From contig NEEC01000007.1 in NCBI GenBank assembly GCA_002189035.1, forward strand, positions 3,100,001-3,164,000: DNA of 64,000 bases, given 5' to 3'. Shown here one piece after another: positions 1-14,739 of the stretch (positions are counted from its first letter, which is position 1; each line of letters starts with the position of its first letter). The notes under the pieces were generated by a model. That model saw only the letters and a program-made list of their open reading frames with translations, was not told the origin of the DNA and made no database searches. The translations under genes were made by a program, and so were the position numbers. Source of the DNA: Utricularia gibba. Lineage: Eukaryota > Plantae > Magnoliophyta.

Positions 1-2579
1 CCTTTATGATAGCTCATTGAGTTATTAAGATATTTTAAGACATGTCTACCACAATTTAGATGTCCAATGTTAGGACTTTTAAATCCAATTCACACCAATC
101 ACCTTTATGTCCTCTAGTTTTTCTACTAGAGTCCAAGTTTTATTTTTGTAGATTGTGCTAAGCTCCTCCTCCATTGCCTTTCTCTAGTCCGAATGAGCAT
201 ATGTCGAGCTCATTGAGTTTGGCTCATATATCATTGAACGTGTTTTATAATAATCTTGTAAATTTCTCCTTTTTCTGGTTGAAGTATAACTATAGGTTTC
301 CCCTAAACTTGAGCTTATATTTTCATTTTCATTCTTTTCTTGGTTTGTAGAAGACAATAGATCATGAGTGTTATTATTTTCTTGAGTATTCTTGAACCTT
401 CCACAATTTTTAGATCTCGCACAAACTGCTCATCTACAATTCTAAAAATTCTCCATAGGTTGATCCAAAGGTGTATGCTGGATTGTGGAGTGACATAGGT
501 GCTCATAGAGGAGGATAAAATCATATTTTGGCTTTGATCTGGTTGAGGGAACAATGCATCCAGAGGTACTGATTTGCTTTGAGAAATTAATTCTCGGTCT
601 ATGTCCCAATTCTAGTGTAGAATGTCATCCACAAGAACATCCCTTGAGAGTTGTATTATACTAGTTTTTAGATTCCATACTCGATATGCCTTTGACTTGT
701 CAGTGTATCCCATTATCACCCGTGTTTTTGCCTCTTTTTGCAATTTATTTTACTGTTCAACAGGAACGTGGAAATAGAAGACACTGCCAAATATCTGAAG
801 ATGATTAAAGGATGGCTCACACCCAAACCATTTTGTGAAATGTATCTCTTGCTTCTCATTACACATGTAAGTGCTCTGTTGAACAGGTAGATTGAAGTGT
901 TTACTGCTTTTGCCCAAAAACAAGGTGGAACATCCATTTCAAATAGTAGACAGCGAGCCATCTCCATAATTATCCGATTTCTTTTTTCATATATCCTTTT
1001 TTGCTCTGGCATATACGAGATAATGAACTAATGAACAATGCCAGCTTCCTCACATGTAGGTTCCAGCTCATGTGGGGTACATTCTCCCCCATTATCCATT
1101 CTTAGGTATTTAATCTTCAATTGGCTCTGATTTTCCACTTGATTTTTCTAGCTCTGGAAGATCCAGGTTATTGGGGATCTATTGCTCATGAAGAATACCC
1201 AAGCATACTTTGTGAAGTCATCGACAAGGAGCATAGAATATTTATTTCCTGCTAGAGTAAGCACGGGTAGAGGTCCATAAACGTCTCAAAGAATTAGTTC
1301 AAGCTTCTAAGTGACATTCTAGGAGGCTAAGTCAAGCGGCAACTGATGTATTTTGATCTACTAACAAACCCCACACATGGTGGATGTTCTGGAGATGGGC
1401 AATTTTAGCTTGAGAGCTTTAGCCAAAGATTGTAGGTCTAGATGGCCAAATTTCTTATGCCAGAATGACATTTCAGTATCGATAGCAAATAGATAGTGCC
1501 CTTTAGGTGATAGATTTTCTTCTTTCTTTTCTTTTTTCCACCTATTGGGTCACTTGAATTTTTTGAACAACAATGGAAACACATGGTTAGTCATAGGAAT
1601 GTGTAAAATGTTTTTACTAAATGGTGTTGAAATGATGCAGGCTTCATGATCAAACAACATTGTATAATGCTTCTCCAGCAACACTTGAGGTACATAGTAG
1701 GCTTCTTTTATGGTAAACATAGTTGAGGCTGTTGATATGCACATATATCTAACACCTTGTATTTGAATTTCTTTGCCATCTACAATAATTAGCTCTTTAT
1801 TCTTTAATGACCTATAATAGAAGAATAATGTTAGATTGTTGTATATATGATTGTTGCAACCATTTTCAATGAGCCAAAGATCTTGTGAGTTGATTGCAGT
1901 AAACATTATAGTTATGTGATTTTTCTTCAAGAGATAAAGATCAATTTTTGATTTATTTATTTCAGTTTTTAGAGATTGTTTCACAATAGCCACAAATTGA
2001 GGAACATTTATGTTTACTATAACTTTTCCTTGGATTTTCTTTTGTGGATAGATTCATTCTACATGTCCTCTTTCATAGCAGGAGGAACATATAGCATTAG
2101 GATTCCAAAAGCAGTCCTTAAGGAGGTGGCTTGCAATTGGTGCATGCTTTGGTTTGTTTCTTTTTTCCCATATTAGGATAGATGCCTTCCTCTTTGTTGG
2201 TTCTTATTCTCTTATTGGACTCTTTTGAAACTAATGTGAATGCCCCTTCTCTATTGGGAATATCTTGATCTATGTTGGATAGAGCCTCTAGAAGCTGTAG
2301 GAATATGGTTTTAATTAGGCCAGATACTTGCATGTTTCTTACCATGGAGGTAAGCCTAATTGGAGTAGTACTTAGGAGTTTACTTTTGAGCCTGTACTCA
2401 TTAGGAAGACAACCAAGAGAGGTTAGCTAATCAATAAAAGCAATAAGCTTATCTAAGAAAGTTTTTGAATGACTCTCTACTTTTCAGTGTAAGAGAGTCA
2501 ATGTTAAACCATATCTGATTTATTTTTTTCCCTCTTTGCCTCAGAGGTTGTACCATAGCATTTTTGAAGCACTTACCAT

Positions 2580-4301
2580 TAGGGATGTTATTGATGGTGA
2601 TTCTGCAAGTGCATAGAAACCGTCAATGTAATAAAATAAGATCGTATCCACAGGAAATTGTTATCGGAATTTTCTTTTCAAATAAAAACTCAAAAAGACT
2701 GAAAAGAAAAGGAAGATTTGGGTTTAAAAACAAGAAGAAAAGTGGCATTGGACCTGGGATCCATCTTGCTAAAAACTCGCCCAAACTTGTGTGTGTAAAA
2801 CCTTGAAGACTGATGTGTTTGCACAAGTTCTGGGGTATTATTCTAAAATAGTGCTACTCGGTGATCGTTATAGCACCGTCCCTCGTTTAGTGGGATTATG
2901 GAATCAACCACGCCACCAGAGCCATTTCACCTCTTGTGATAACTCATGTTTTCCCCACACCCAAATCTAACCCCTACACCTCACACCTCGCAGACAGATT
3001 AGACATAATGTGTCTTACCAACGATGTCCGATTGAGCCCTTCTCCTTAGGTGCTTGAGGCCAACCTTTGATTCTCCCACACTCCCTTAGGGATATATGGT
3101 ACTAAAGATCATGTTGTTAAAGAAAACGTTGCGAAAAACAGAATCAAACCTCAATTTAAATATCGAAAAACATAGTAAAACAGTCACACGCACAGGACTT
3201 GTGCAAGCAAGGCTTCACCGCAGATCCTCAGCCGCAAGCGCCTACACGCGCAGACTTGAATCTAACATGAAAATAGACACGAAAATAGGAAAAGTACAAA
3301 GGAAAAGTGGTCAAAGATGTTTCTAATGGTTGAAAGGGTGGGGTATTTATAGGAGAGTAAATCCAAGTCTTCGTATTGAGCTTATTCGATGGGCTTAGAT
3401 AAGATCTTCTATCTAAATCTTCTATCCAAATCTTTGAAGATCTTCTTCACATCTCTATCTTATCCACGAATCTTAGACCAAATCTTCATCGTTTGACCGA
3501 GTCTTGGGTTGGGATTCGTGACCCATTAAGTCCATAATTTGGTGGATCTTTTTTATTCTCAAATTGATCCAAAAGTACCCTAAAAATCCACAAAATACAC
3601 TCTCTCCATAAAGATCAAAGTAGTGTGAAAGATGCAAAATCAATTGAGAATAATGTTTTGGAACAACACTCAAGAGTAGTGAAAGAACATGTTTTGGAAC
3701 GACACAAAATCACTTATCATTATATCGAACGAATGAACATGAACAACTATGTTTGTGTTCGTTTGTTTAATTTTATCAAACAAAAATTTTTTTCATATTC
3801 GTTTAATTAAAGTTCACGATCGTTCATTGACTAATATAATATATTTATATTTTAACATAAAAATAAATAAATTAATATTTTAACATAAATATAAATATAA
3901 TATTTTTAATGCAAATTAGTATTTAATATATTTTAATTGAGAAAATTGATAAAAAAAAATCATTAACAACTTAACTACTAACACAAAAAATAATTTTGAA
4001 CATTATATATATTGTAGAATAATTATAGTATGTTTATATATTGATTAATATAATATATTTCATATCAAAATATATACTTTTAATATGATATTATATATTA
4101 TAATTGAACAAAGTCGAACATAATCGAATATTGATGTTATTTGTGTTCGTTCAATAAAGTAATTGAATATAGATTTTGTCTGTATTCGTTTGTTTATATT
4201 ATTCAAAAAAAATTGTTTATATTATTCAAACAAAAATGAATGATCTTAATTGAGTCGAACACAATTCAAACACGAGTTGTTCGTTCGTTATAACATCTCT
4301 A
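2580..4301. mobile_element. Non-autonomous hAT-type MITE inserted in copia gag
   Basis: TIRs TAGGGATGTTA (2580) / TAACATCTCTA (4301); flanks CTTACCAT vs TTTATCAT (6/8, decayed 8-bp TSD); subterminal AACGAAC/GTTCGTT repeats; AT-rich core. Confidence 0.75.
2592..3719 (-). mobile_element. Solo LTR (gypsy, Athila-like termini) inserted in the hAT MITE
   Basis: TGAT...ATCA termini with TTAT on both flanks; removing it restores the MITE end TAGGGATGTTATATCGAACGAA; homologous (inverted) to 31201-32280, e.g. shared terminal TGATAAGTGATTTTGTGTC. Confidence 0.8.
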
Positions 4302-4626
4302 TTTATCATGTTTTGAAAGTGGTGCCAGTATTGAGAATGAGTCTGTAGGGATCCGGTGCAAGCCCCATTCTCAGAAATGCTCTGTCTCTAATGTTCTTAG
4401 ATTTTAGTTTGCAGAGAGCTCGAGCCAAGAGAGCATCAGAGGTTGCTGAGGTAACCTTAGCATCCGAAAGCTTGTGAGCTTGAAGGAAGATCTTGATTCT
4501 AGATTCCCACACATCAAAGTCGGTTCCATCAAAGATAGGTGGATCCTTTGGTTTGTGCTTACTTGTCATTTGTATACTGGTAGTACAATGGAAGCTTGTT
4601 GTTGTTGTTGTCGAGTAACCGAAATA

Positions 4627-4638
4627 GCTCTGATATCA
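4627..4638 (-). promoter_or_regulatory. Primer-binding site (tRNA-iMet type) of copia A
   Basis: Reverse complement TGATATCAGAGC resembles canonical TGGTATCAGAGC and lies just 5' of gag. Confidence 0.7.
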
Positions 4639-5299
4639 TATAAGTAAAAGGGAGATTTTTTTATTGAAGGCTTTCCAAAGAGCATATATAGAAACATAGT
4701 CACTATTTATAGATAAGATGTAACCGTTACTTCTTATTTTAAACCTATAAATGACCTTTGCCTACTCTAATAGTCTAGGCAACTTGAAGTGAGCCTTGGT
4801 TCTTATCAACCTTGCTAGACTTGTTATCTTGGGTCTTTATTTATTGATCTTACTATCTAAGGGCTATGCAACAAGGCCCAATTCTACTTCAAAGTTCATC
4901 AATTAGTTTCTGAGTTGGAGGAGATGGCAAACATCAATATTAAACAAGGAGATAGGTTGTTATCTTGGTTTATGTGTATTTTGGGATGAAGGGGTAAAGC
5001 TTATATGATTTATCATCAAATTTGAATTGCGAAAGAGCTGATGCCACTGACATCCCCAAGTATGAGGAGGGATGTGTCATGAGAGAGTTCAACTGCTTCG
5101 AGGTCTAAGTGGGTGATCTCAAGAGTCAGAGGAATGAATGCAATCTACACAAAATCAAGGTTGTTGGGCTTGAGAGCTAGTAGCTTCTCATCTACGATAG
5201 TGTACTCTGTAAAGATCTATACTGTCTGTGTTTATAAATTGGATTCTCGGTGATCTCATCATACACTTTGATGAAAATCAAACAAAATCTCAAGCACGT

Positions 5300-8200
5300 A
5301 TACACACTGTTCTAAAGGATCTCAGTCTACAAAAATCAGTCGAACACATTGAATATATAGACATCTAGCCCTAATTGGCTTCAGATAAAACATAGGATCG
5401 ACCCAACCTCATGCGATTGCTAGAGGCTTTTGGAATCGGGTTTGCACACCACTCCCTATGTGTATAGCCTTTTGAGATTCTAGGGCCTTCGTGAAACATA
5501 ACCCGATCTAACAAATTAGACCATGTGCACATGTGAGGCTCAATTTATCCCGTAGTCCATTAAGGCCAATGATGTGTCATCCCATATAAGCTAATTGAAA
5601 TAAATGAAGTACTTTAGGGCTTACATATATTTTTTAGGAGTGGCTAATCCATAGTTATATAGATGTCTCTATGTAACACATCCTCTTATCTGTGTTATTG
5701 ATTTTTATCAACTACAGAGATATTAAAAATAAATACTCATATCTCATTTTACAGGTAGAACGCATACTCCATAAGAATGACCATTTTCCTAGAGTTGTAT
5801 TTTCCAAACTAGCAATGACTTGTTATTACCCATATGAACTTGATCAATGTGTTTCTCTTCTCACAAGTTAGGTTACCATCATTATTGTTTGCTTATCGCC
5901 ATTAGTAACATTCCCTTCATAAGCTCCCAAATCTTCTCTCAATTGAGAGGTTTGTTGAGTGGATTGACCATATTTACTGACGTTCTCACATATTCAATGG
6001 ATACCACACTAGTTTTTAATAGTTGTTTCAATGTTCCATACCTCAATCGTATGTGTATACTTCTTTCATTATTGGATCGATTGTTGGCAGTGGCAATTGC
6101 TACTTGATAGTCACAGTGCAACACCACTGAGAATGATCTGTTTTGCCTAAGTGGGATTCCTATTGTATAGTTTCTCAACTATTTGACCTTAATTCCTGCA
6201 AGATCTAATATAATGAGCCATGTTTCCATTGCTGATCTAGTTATCTAGGTCTGTTTAGTGGATTTCTAAGACACAACTCCTTTTCTCAATATGAAAATCA
6301 TTCTACTTGTGCCCTTTGGCTCTTCTGTGCTAGATACACAACTAACACCTCTGTATCCCTCCAATATAGTAGGTTTTCTATGGTATTTAGATTTGGTTCA
6401 AAGATCATCATATCATCCACATAAAGGGTTATGATCATTCATTGAACATTAATACTCTTAGAATAAATACATCTCTCTAAACTAAATTTGAGTCAAAGCA
6501 TGACGATGTTATGACCCTCGAGTTGAAGCATGTAGATTTCTTCTTGTGATTCACCATTCAAGAATGTCGTTTTGACATCCATTTTCTGAACTATCCAATT
6601 GTGCATTATGCCATTGTTAAGAGTATCTGTATGATAGAGAAGTAATTGAATGAGGCAAATATTTCAAAGTAGTCAACACTCATTTTTTGAGTGAAACTCT
6701 TTATTAATATACCAGCTTTGTGTTTATCTACTTTATCATTTGCAAGGAGTTTTTTTCTTAAAGATTCATTTGCTCCTAATTGGCTTTGTACTAAGGAGTA
6801 GGTCCACTAATTTCCATACATTGATCTTATAGATTAAATCCATCTCACTCTCAATGACCTCCATCCACAATGAAGCATCTAGAGAAGTAATGTAATTATG
6901 ATAAGTTAGAGGATCTCCATTTGTGAGATACACATAAAAGTCATCACCGACGCTAGATTCTATCATTGACCTTTTGCTTCGTCTCAAAGGTAATTCCCTG
7001 AAGGGTTTAATAGCTTTAGCAGTTTCATTGATAGGTGTTTCATCATCACCATCTAATTGAATTTTCAATACATGAAAGATGTATTCAAACAATTTTGCAC
7101 TCTTTGTTTCTAATATTGTTTGATAATCAACATCACTCTTGAGTGCAAGAAATCAATATGCACTCTCTTGTACATATTGTATAAATAGATAATCAGATAT
7201 TTGACTCAATCTTCCTTTTCTTATGATCAGATAACATCACTTGTCATAAGTAATAAGCATTTCATATTTAAGATTTGGTGAGTAGTTTTTTCATATGTCA
7301 TATGGAGTTTTGTCTGTTTTCTTGTGTGGGATTTTGTTGTGAATATGACAAGTTGTATGAATCGCTTCTCCCCACATTTCATTTGAAGTGTCATAAGTAA
7401 TAAGCATTGAATTCATCACTTCCTTCAATGCATATTCTTTCTCCCAGCCGCTCCATTCGATACAGGAGAATAAGGAGAAATTGTCTCATGTATTATTTCA
7501 TACTTTTTGTAAAATTCTTTGAATAACATATACTTATTTCCTCTATCATATCTAACTCTTTTTATTTTCTTATCAAGTTGATTTTTTGCCTCAGTTTTAA
7601 ATAGTAGAAACTTATCAAATGTTTTAGATTCATGTTTTAAAAAATACACACGAGTATATCTAAGGCAATCACCAATAAAAATAACTATGAACTTATTTCC
7701 ACCTTTCGATATGCACATCCTATTATCACATACAACTGAATGAACCAATGCAAGCAATTCTGATTCTCTATTCGCAAGAGAACACGATTTCTTTGTTATT
7801 TTGGCCTCTACACAAGTCTCACACTTATCAAGTAAATTATGTCATTTCAAAATTGAATCTAATTGTTGCATCATTTTCATGTAGGCAAAATTAACATAAC
7901 CTAGTCTAGCATGCTAGATATAGAATGAATACATCATGTAAGTAGAATAAAAACTAAATAGACATTACAAGCATGAACAAACACTAAGGCTATAGCTCAG
8001 TAGGCAAAGCACCTCGTTTACATGCACACCGATGTTTTCAGGAGAATCCATTATCCACTCTTACAAGCAAGAGTACTTGGCCCATTATTGGTCGGCTTCG
8101 GAGTTGTGACGATGACGTTTCTATGTGGGGCTGGATAGGTTGAAATGATGAAGGGGCCACTAACTGAAATGGACAGGGAAGGAACAAAGTGCTCAACCGA

Positions 8201-8723
8201 AAGAGGGAGCACATCACTTGCAATATACTATTTCAAAACTCGTTCCAAGCCGATCATGTTGATAACTTATATAGTTGAGCTTCATAGGAGAGAGATGAAG
8301 AATGGTTTGAACTTCTATACTAAGACGAAGGAGCAAGATTGGTTGCGGAGGGCAAACATGATGTAATCGTCACATGCAACTTCTGACTATAAATGTATCA
8401 TTTCCCAACAAAGAAATTGTTTTTCATCACCACAGAAACCTCATTGCTTAAATTAATATTTAGGTCACATTTATCCATTTGGATGATCAAGATGACATTA
8501 GTTTTGGGAGGCTCGTTTCGAGGTTTGCTAATCTTTTTGTACTTGCATTGTGCTGCAAAGTGCTATACACGTTATGCATATTCATCAACTCAAAGATTAT
8601 TAGACCAACTTGATCTAATAAATTAGACCCTATGTGCACACAAGGTCTAGCTTATCCTCAAATACATCAAGTTTAATGAAGTGTCATTCCATATAAGCTA
8701 GTTAAAATGAATTTCAACTATCA
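5300..8723 (-). mobile_element. Decayed Ty1/copia retrotransposon B (Angela/Tork-like)
   Basis: Integrase (7425-7757, YTRVYFLKHESKTFDKF...SPVSNGAAGRKN), RT (6766-7092 and 6300-6760), RNase H (5939-6178, LHCDYQVAIA...HIRLRY); homologous LTR-like segments at about 5519-5610 and 8626-8715. Boundaries approximate. Confidence 0.8.
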
Positions 8724-8739
8724 ATGTAGGATTCCACAC

Positions 8740-9097
8740 CTCTTCTCCAACACACCTTGTCTCCTTCCTTGAATTTTGTGACCCCAACCCTTGCTTTGAC
8801 CACCACTCGCATGACGTCGTGCCCTGGAACAATCGTCTAAGAAAATGCTTTCCTATTCAGTTAGGCGTAGTCATAAGCGGGAACAATTGCTCGAGTGGAA
8901 GTGGTTACGGTAGGGATGGGGAGTTTGGGATCATTGGTCTTGAACCACCCGAGGACCCCCTTGTGATCGTAGTGATCAATAGCGGTGGTGACGACCTTGA
9001 TGAGCACCTCCTTCTCCTTGACTTTCGCCACCAAAAAACCCGACCCGAGCTTCAACACGTTGGTGTTGTCGTACTCGTGAGACACCCATGCCTTCAT
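8740..9097 (-). pseudogene. Enone/quinone oxidoreductase (2-methylene-furan-3-one reductase / AOR-like, MDR family) 5' fragment
   Basis: MKAWVSHEYDNTNVLKL...EVLIKVVTTA, intron about 8837-8908, then TIVPGHDVMRVVVK...KFKEGDKV; truncated next to copia B; TATAAATAG on minus strand near 9220. Confidence 0.8.
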
Positions 9098-10646
9098 TTT
9101 CCTTACATAAACACATTCACTAGTAACAAAAAAAAGAAGCAAAATGTGTCTCAGGCCTCTTCTCTGTGTTTCCTGGTTCAGTGGAAGATGAAGTGATTGG
9201 AAGTGTCCTTGGCATGACTATTTATAGTGCTACCGAGTGACATGATGTAGTGCAGGACGTAATACTTAGGGTTGGTGATCGGTCTTGGGTATGCTTTTAT
9301 TCCATTTTAATGATTGAAAATTTGAAATCCAAGTACTTAAGCTAAAGTTGCTAAATTATATCTTAAATATTAGATGCGTATTCAAAAACAAAATTCTAAG
9401 CAAGCAAAATTGGCTATGTACCTATTTTCTATTAATTAACTATGCCATTAATGATTAAAATAAAAATATTGTATGAGGATATAAATTATCTTCTACATTC
9501 ATACTAGAATTATTGTTGAATCAATAAAAGTAATTTTATTGGGAAAAATGAATGATTGCACAAATTCAGTCCCTTGAGAGGAATAAATATTATATCCTTT
9601 ACTACGTAATTTGAGGTAAAATTTGGTAAATGCATGTGTTAGAGTACATATATTTGTAAAATATTGAAAGTTTTTTATTATAAAATTATATGTAATCTCA
9701 GTTTTAAATCGCAAACTACCGGATTTCTTATTTTTGAAATAAAAAATAGCCCATGGGGGCATATCCATATTGGTTGATGTAGTTGAACGTTGAATAAAAT
9801 GATCTTTGCATGAAAAAAAAAGAATTTGAAGTATAATGTTTTTAAAAATTATACTAAATAATACAATTCATTATTAATAATGATATTAAGAAAACTACAC
9901 TAGTAAGCTAATTAAAAATTTTTACAAAAATACAATATAATAAATGATATAAGTTATTTATGAAATCAAAAATTAATAATTAATTTTTATATTATTATAA
10001 TTTATTTATAATTATAAAATATTTTTACATAAAAGTAACTATTTGTTTACTCGAAATTGTAATAAAAAATAGTTTTATTGTATTTCAAAATGGTTCTGAA
10101 AGTAATTAAATCAAGTATCATATTGAAATTAATATTATTTTTTATTTTATATTAATTATTACAATTATTCCATTTTTTTGTAATTTTTACTTATTAATTA
10201 TTTTCCATACATGTTCAATATCACTTTGAATTAACTGGAAATATTTAAATTTTTTTGTAATTCAATTTTTAATTTATAGGCAACCATAATTATATTCATT
10301 AAAATATCATTTATTTATTTAGAAATTATGAATTAAAAAATGATAACAATAATTATGATATCTCTAAGTATTTTACAGAATTTTGAATATGTTATATGTG
10401 ATTTTAAAATTGAAATACCATTATTTTGCAAAGAAATTTATAAATCTAATGTATTTTACAAAAAAAAATAAAAGAGTAAAGCAATTTACAAATTAAAACA
10501 AAAATTTCGATAAAATACCCATAAAAAGCATAGACACATACAAAACACTAATTACCCCCTCCCCGTCATTTCATGGATTATAAATAGATAACGTATCCAT
10601 CCGACAATCGCCGTTCGCCAAACTCCAAACAGGTCAGTGAAACTAG

Positions 10647-10748
10647 GAACACTTTTTGTATTATTTTCATAATGAAAAATTATAGAAATTCAACTTAGAA
10701 CACTTTTTGTATTATTGCCATAATGAAAAATTATAGAAATTCAACTTA
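10647..10748. repeat. 51-bp tandem duplication (x2)
   Basis: GAACACTTTTTGTATTATT...GAAATTCAACTTA at 10647 and 10698, inside a probable 5'UTR intron (donor about 10633, acceptor about 10856). Confidence 0.9.
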
Positions 10749-10893
10749 TCTTTTATTAGAAATAATAAATAGTACTATTTAATATCGATACTAACTCCTT
10801 ATTAGTGAATTTGAAAGTCTTCATAATGTTGCTTGTCTATTATTATAATTTTCAGAGAAAAAATAATCTTTTGAAAGGGCAGGCCGCAGGAGA

Positions 10894-11950
<1,057 letters not shown>

Positions 11951-12439
11951 GGGAGAAGTTCGATTCCATGACCAGACGGCTCGGGGGGAACAGCCTCCTA
12001 ACTCACCACATGCCTGCTTGCCTGTCCGTCCGTCTGTGTATAACAAGCAATGGAATGGAATGGAATGATGGTTGTGGTTGGTGTTGTCGGCAGTGAGTCT
12101 CCTTCCAAGAAGATTGTGGTTCTTGTTGTTGTTACGTGTTGATGCTACTCCATATGTGTAGGAGGTGCAGCTTCTGGTTCACGTTTGGGAAGAAGGGTTG
12201 TGTTGAGATGGGTTGCCATGTGGCATCCCCCACCAAATTTGGGTGCACAGTAAATGCCCTCTTCATGACTCCAGAGTCCAGATGGTGGACGTGTGTTGGG
12301 CCGCTTGGGCCCATAAAGGGTTCATATCTTATCTCCTCACCCGGCTACCCCTTTTGCCCTTTCCTCTCCCTCACCACACGTACATCAGCGACAAAGAGAG
12401 GTCTAGAAACATCTCAAATCAAGAAAATAGATAAACTTT

Positions 12440-12960
12440 AAATAAAAACATCTAGAGTTTAGATCAGTATAAAAAAACTTAACTCTCAAGTTTTAAAATT
12501 ATATAAAAAAAAAAACACTTCAAGTTGTCAAAACTGTAAATGAATATTTAAACAGATTTTTCAATTTTTAAAGATTAAATAGGTTCATGATGTTGTGAAC
12601 TAATTCTTATTTCAAATTCAACAAAATTTTATGTTAAAGGTTTTTGAATTCACATCTAAAGTTCGATGAATAAAATGATATTTCATATTAGAGTTATATT
12701 GTGTCTACATTTCATATGATTCAAAGCAACAATAGTTATTTCGTATTCACGATTTAAAGTGAGATAGTTATGTCATATCTTATATGATATATCGTTATAA
12801 CGATGTTAGGATTGAAATAAATTAGATTTGACAACATAAGAGGTTAAATATGTAATTTAATTAATTCGGAGACAAACTATTTACAAAAATAGCAAGTTGA
12901 GTAACTTATAATATAATTTTGAAACTTGAAGTTTAAAATTGTAATTTAAATTGCCGCCAA
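12440..12960. mobile_element. Mutator-like MITE (long imperfect TIRs)
   Basis: ACTTCAAGTTGTCAAAACTGTAAA (about 12517) is an inverted counterpart of TTTTGAAACTTGAAGTTTAAAATTGTAA (about 12917-12945); AT-rich core; TSD not resolved. Confidence 0.45.
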
Positions 12961-13319
12961 CAAACTACACTAGGAAGAAACTATATGCTAGATTAAATTT
13001 TCAAGTACGATTGGTCTATCATTCATCATTGAGATTATTAATGGAATCGTAGTCTGGTAGCATACCATGTTTAGCTGAAGAAGGATTAGAATACAAATAG
13101 TTTAACTTATTTGAATATATATAAATTAATTACTAGTTTTTTTATATGCAAAAAGGGAAGAGTGATGAGCGTGTGTTTGAATAAAATCGGGTTTATAAAA
13201 AAGCAGATTTATTGATATTTGTAGTAGAAAAGGGCTTCTCCCGACCCGACATTTGAGACTGTGGGTAGGGCACACCCTACATTCAATTCTGCAGGCCTGG
13301 TCTACTGTGTCAACGCTAT

Positions 13320-14010
13320 TGCTGTCTCTGTGATAAGTGGGCCCACACAATTATCCTCTACGTCGCACCTCTCTGTTCCATATGTTGCCGCATCTTGGCA
13401 CGCCCAGCGTGTGCCTTGCCTTGCTCGTCTTTCCTCCGTTCTCGGGTTCTCTGGGCATCTTGTGCATAACTGCATCTGTAACTGCACTGCACTACCACCC
13501 CAAGTGGGAATCTCATGGGATGATGATGCGCGCGACATCCATCCATCCATCCTGATCCATCCATCCATGCATTCACGTTCTGTGGGGCCCACTAAGTCGG
13601 GAAAAAAAATGGCACGCAAGGCCCATGATAAATTAATTATTTAACTATTGAGGGTGTTTTGGCTAATGGCGGCAACAGTATCAGAATTGTACCATCTCAA
13701 AGTTGGTTGATTTAGAAATCTTGCCATGTGTAAGAAAATTGATCATATATACTAAATTTTTTAATTAAGTATATGAAAGAAAATGCACGAATGACTATGT
13801 AGCATTATTTCTTCATGTGGTGTCCATTATTTTATACTATTCTTTTTTTTTAAAAAAAAAGAATATAGAGTTTTCACCACTGGTAAATTTTTTATTGAGA
13901 GATTTAACGAAGGAACATGACATTAATTTGAGGTGGACCGATCGAGGAAGCTATTGTTCCAGAAAATAATAAAAAATAAAAATAAGAATGGGTGCACTTT
14001 AGTATATATA
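13320..14010 (+). promoter_or_regulatory. SAUR promoter with auxin- and TCP-type motifs
   Basis: TGTCTC AuxRE 13323-13328, GTGGGCCCAC about 13338 and GTGGGGCCCAC about 13582, CATATG about 13379, GGCCCAT about 13620, TATATATA about 14003. Confidence 0.6.
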
Positions 14011-14057
14011 CGACCGCTCCCCCCCAACCCTGTTTTCCATTCCATACATCCAATCCA

Positions 14058-14378
14058 ATGGCGATGAGGAGCAGGAAGCAGATGAGGGCGGCGCAGAGGG
14101 CGGTCGTCGGGGAGATCCTGCGGTGGTGCTCCGGCCTCGGGAGGAGGCAGATTTACGAGGAGCTGGATCGGGGGCTCCCAACGGACGTCCCGAAGCAGCA
14201 CTTCGTGGTGTACGTGGGGTCCAGCCGCAGCAGATACATCGTCCCCATCTCCCTCCTGTCCCGCCCGGAGTTCCAGGAGCTGCTCCGGCTGGCGGAGGAG
14301 GAGTTCGGGTTCGATCACCACTCCGGTCTGACCATTCCCTGCGACCAGCATGTGTTCGAGTCACTGATTCAGCTTTAG
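14058..14378 (+). CDS. SAUR: Small auxin-up RNA (SAUR) protein, 106 aa, intronless
   Basis: LPTDVPKQHFVVYVGSSRSRYIVPISLLSRPEFQELLRLAEEEFGFDHHSGLTIPCD is the auxin-inducible SAUR domain; ATG in CCAATGGCG context downstream of a TATA box. Confidence 0.95.
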   Translation: MAMRSRKQMRAAQRAVVGEILRWCSGLGRRQIYEELDRGLPTDVPKQHFVVYVGSSRSRYIVPISLLSRPEFQELLRLAEEEFGFDHHSGLTIPCDQHVFESLIQL

Positions 14379-14739
14379 CTTTAGCCCGCTCTTAATGGCG
14401 TTGACAGGGACTACGTGAAGGTGAAGGTTACCGACAGAGATTCTGGGATAAGACGGGTGGCTGCCGGCACACACAAAATGTAAGACAACTACATGTATGA
14501 GAAATAATTATCACGTCATCAACACTGCTAGACCTTGGGATCAATCAAAAACACCCATCACCATCAAACTATATCTAACAACCTCTCTTTCTCATTTAAA
14601 AATAATTTTATTATTAAATATAAATTGTAATGATCCATTTTATTAGTTTTGAATATTTAATTTTCAAGATTTTATGTTTTTTATTTTTTTTAAAAAAATC
14701 TCATGTAAAATTAAGAAAATATTTCCATTTAAATATATT

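Larger units (their letters stand above)
1..4760 (-). mobile_element. Decayed Ty1/copia retrotransposon A (gag-PR-INT-RT start), interrupted by nested insertions
   Basis: Minus-strand order: PBS 4627-4638, gag N-term PPIFDGTDFDVWESRIKIFL (4306-4569), gag/zinc-knuckle (2118-2580), protease-region WLIENGCNNH (1550-1993), integrase RNRIIMEMARCLL...FWAKAVNTS (716-1012), RT start KAMEEEL...KNKTWTLV (<300). Many stops and frameshifts. Runs off the window start; right boundary approximate. Confidence 0.85.

Noticed and set aside
4960-5290. Coding-like segment between the two copia elements
   Set aside because: No frame gives a recognisable domain.
13126-13644. Cluster of 70-127 aa ORFs upstream of SAUR
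   Set aside because: GC-rich regulatory island with a simple repeat; no domain similarity or splice structure.
13923-14395. Long overlapping ORFs on both strands at the SAUR locus
   Set aside because: Shadows of a GC-rich intronless CDS; no recognisable motifs.
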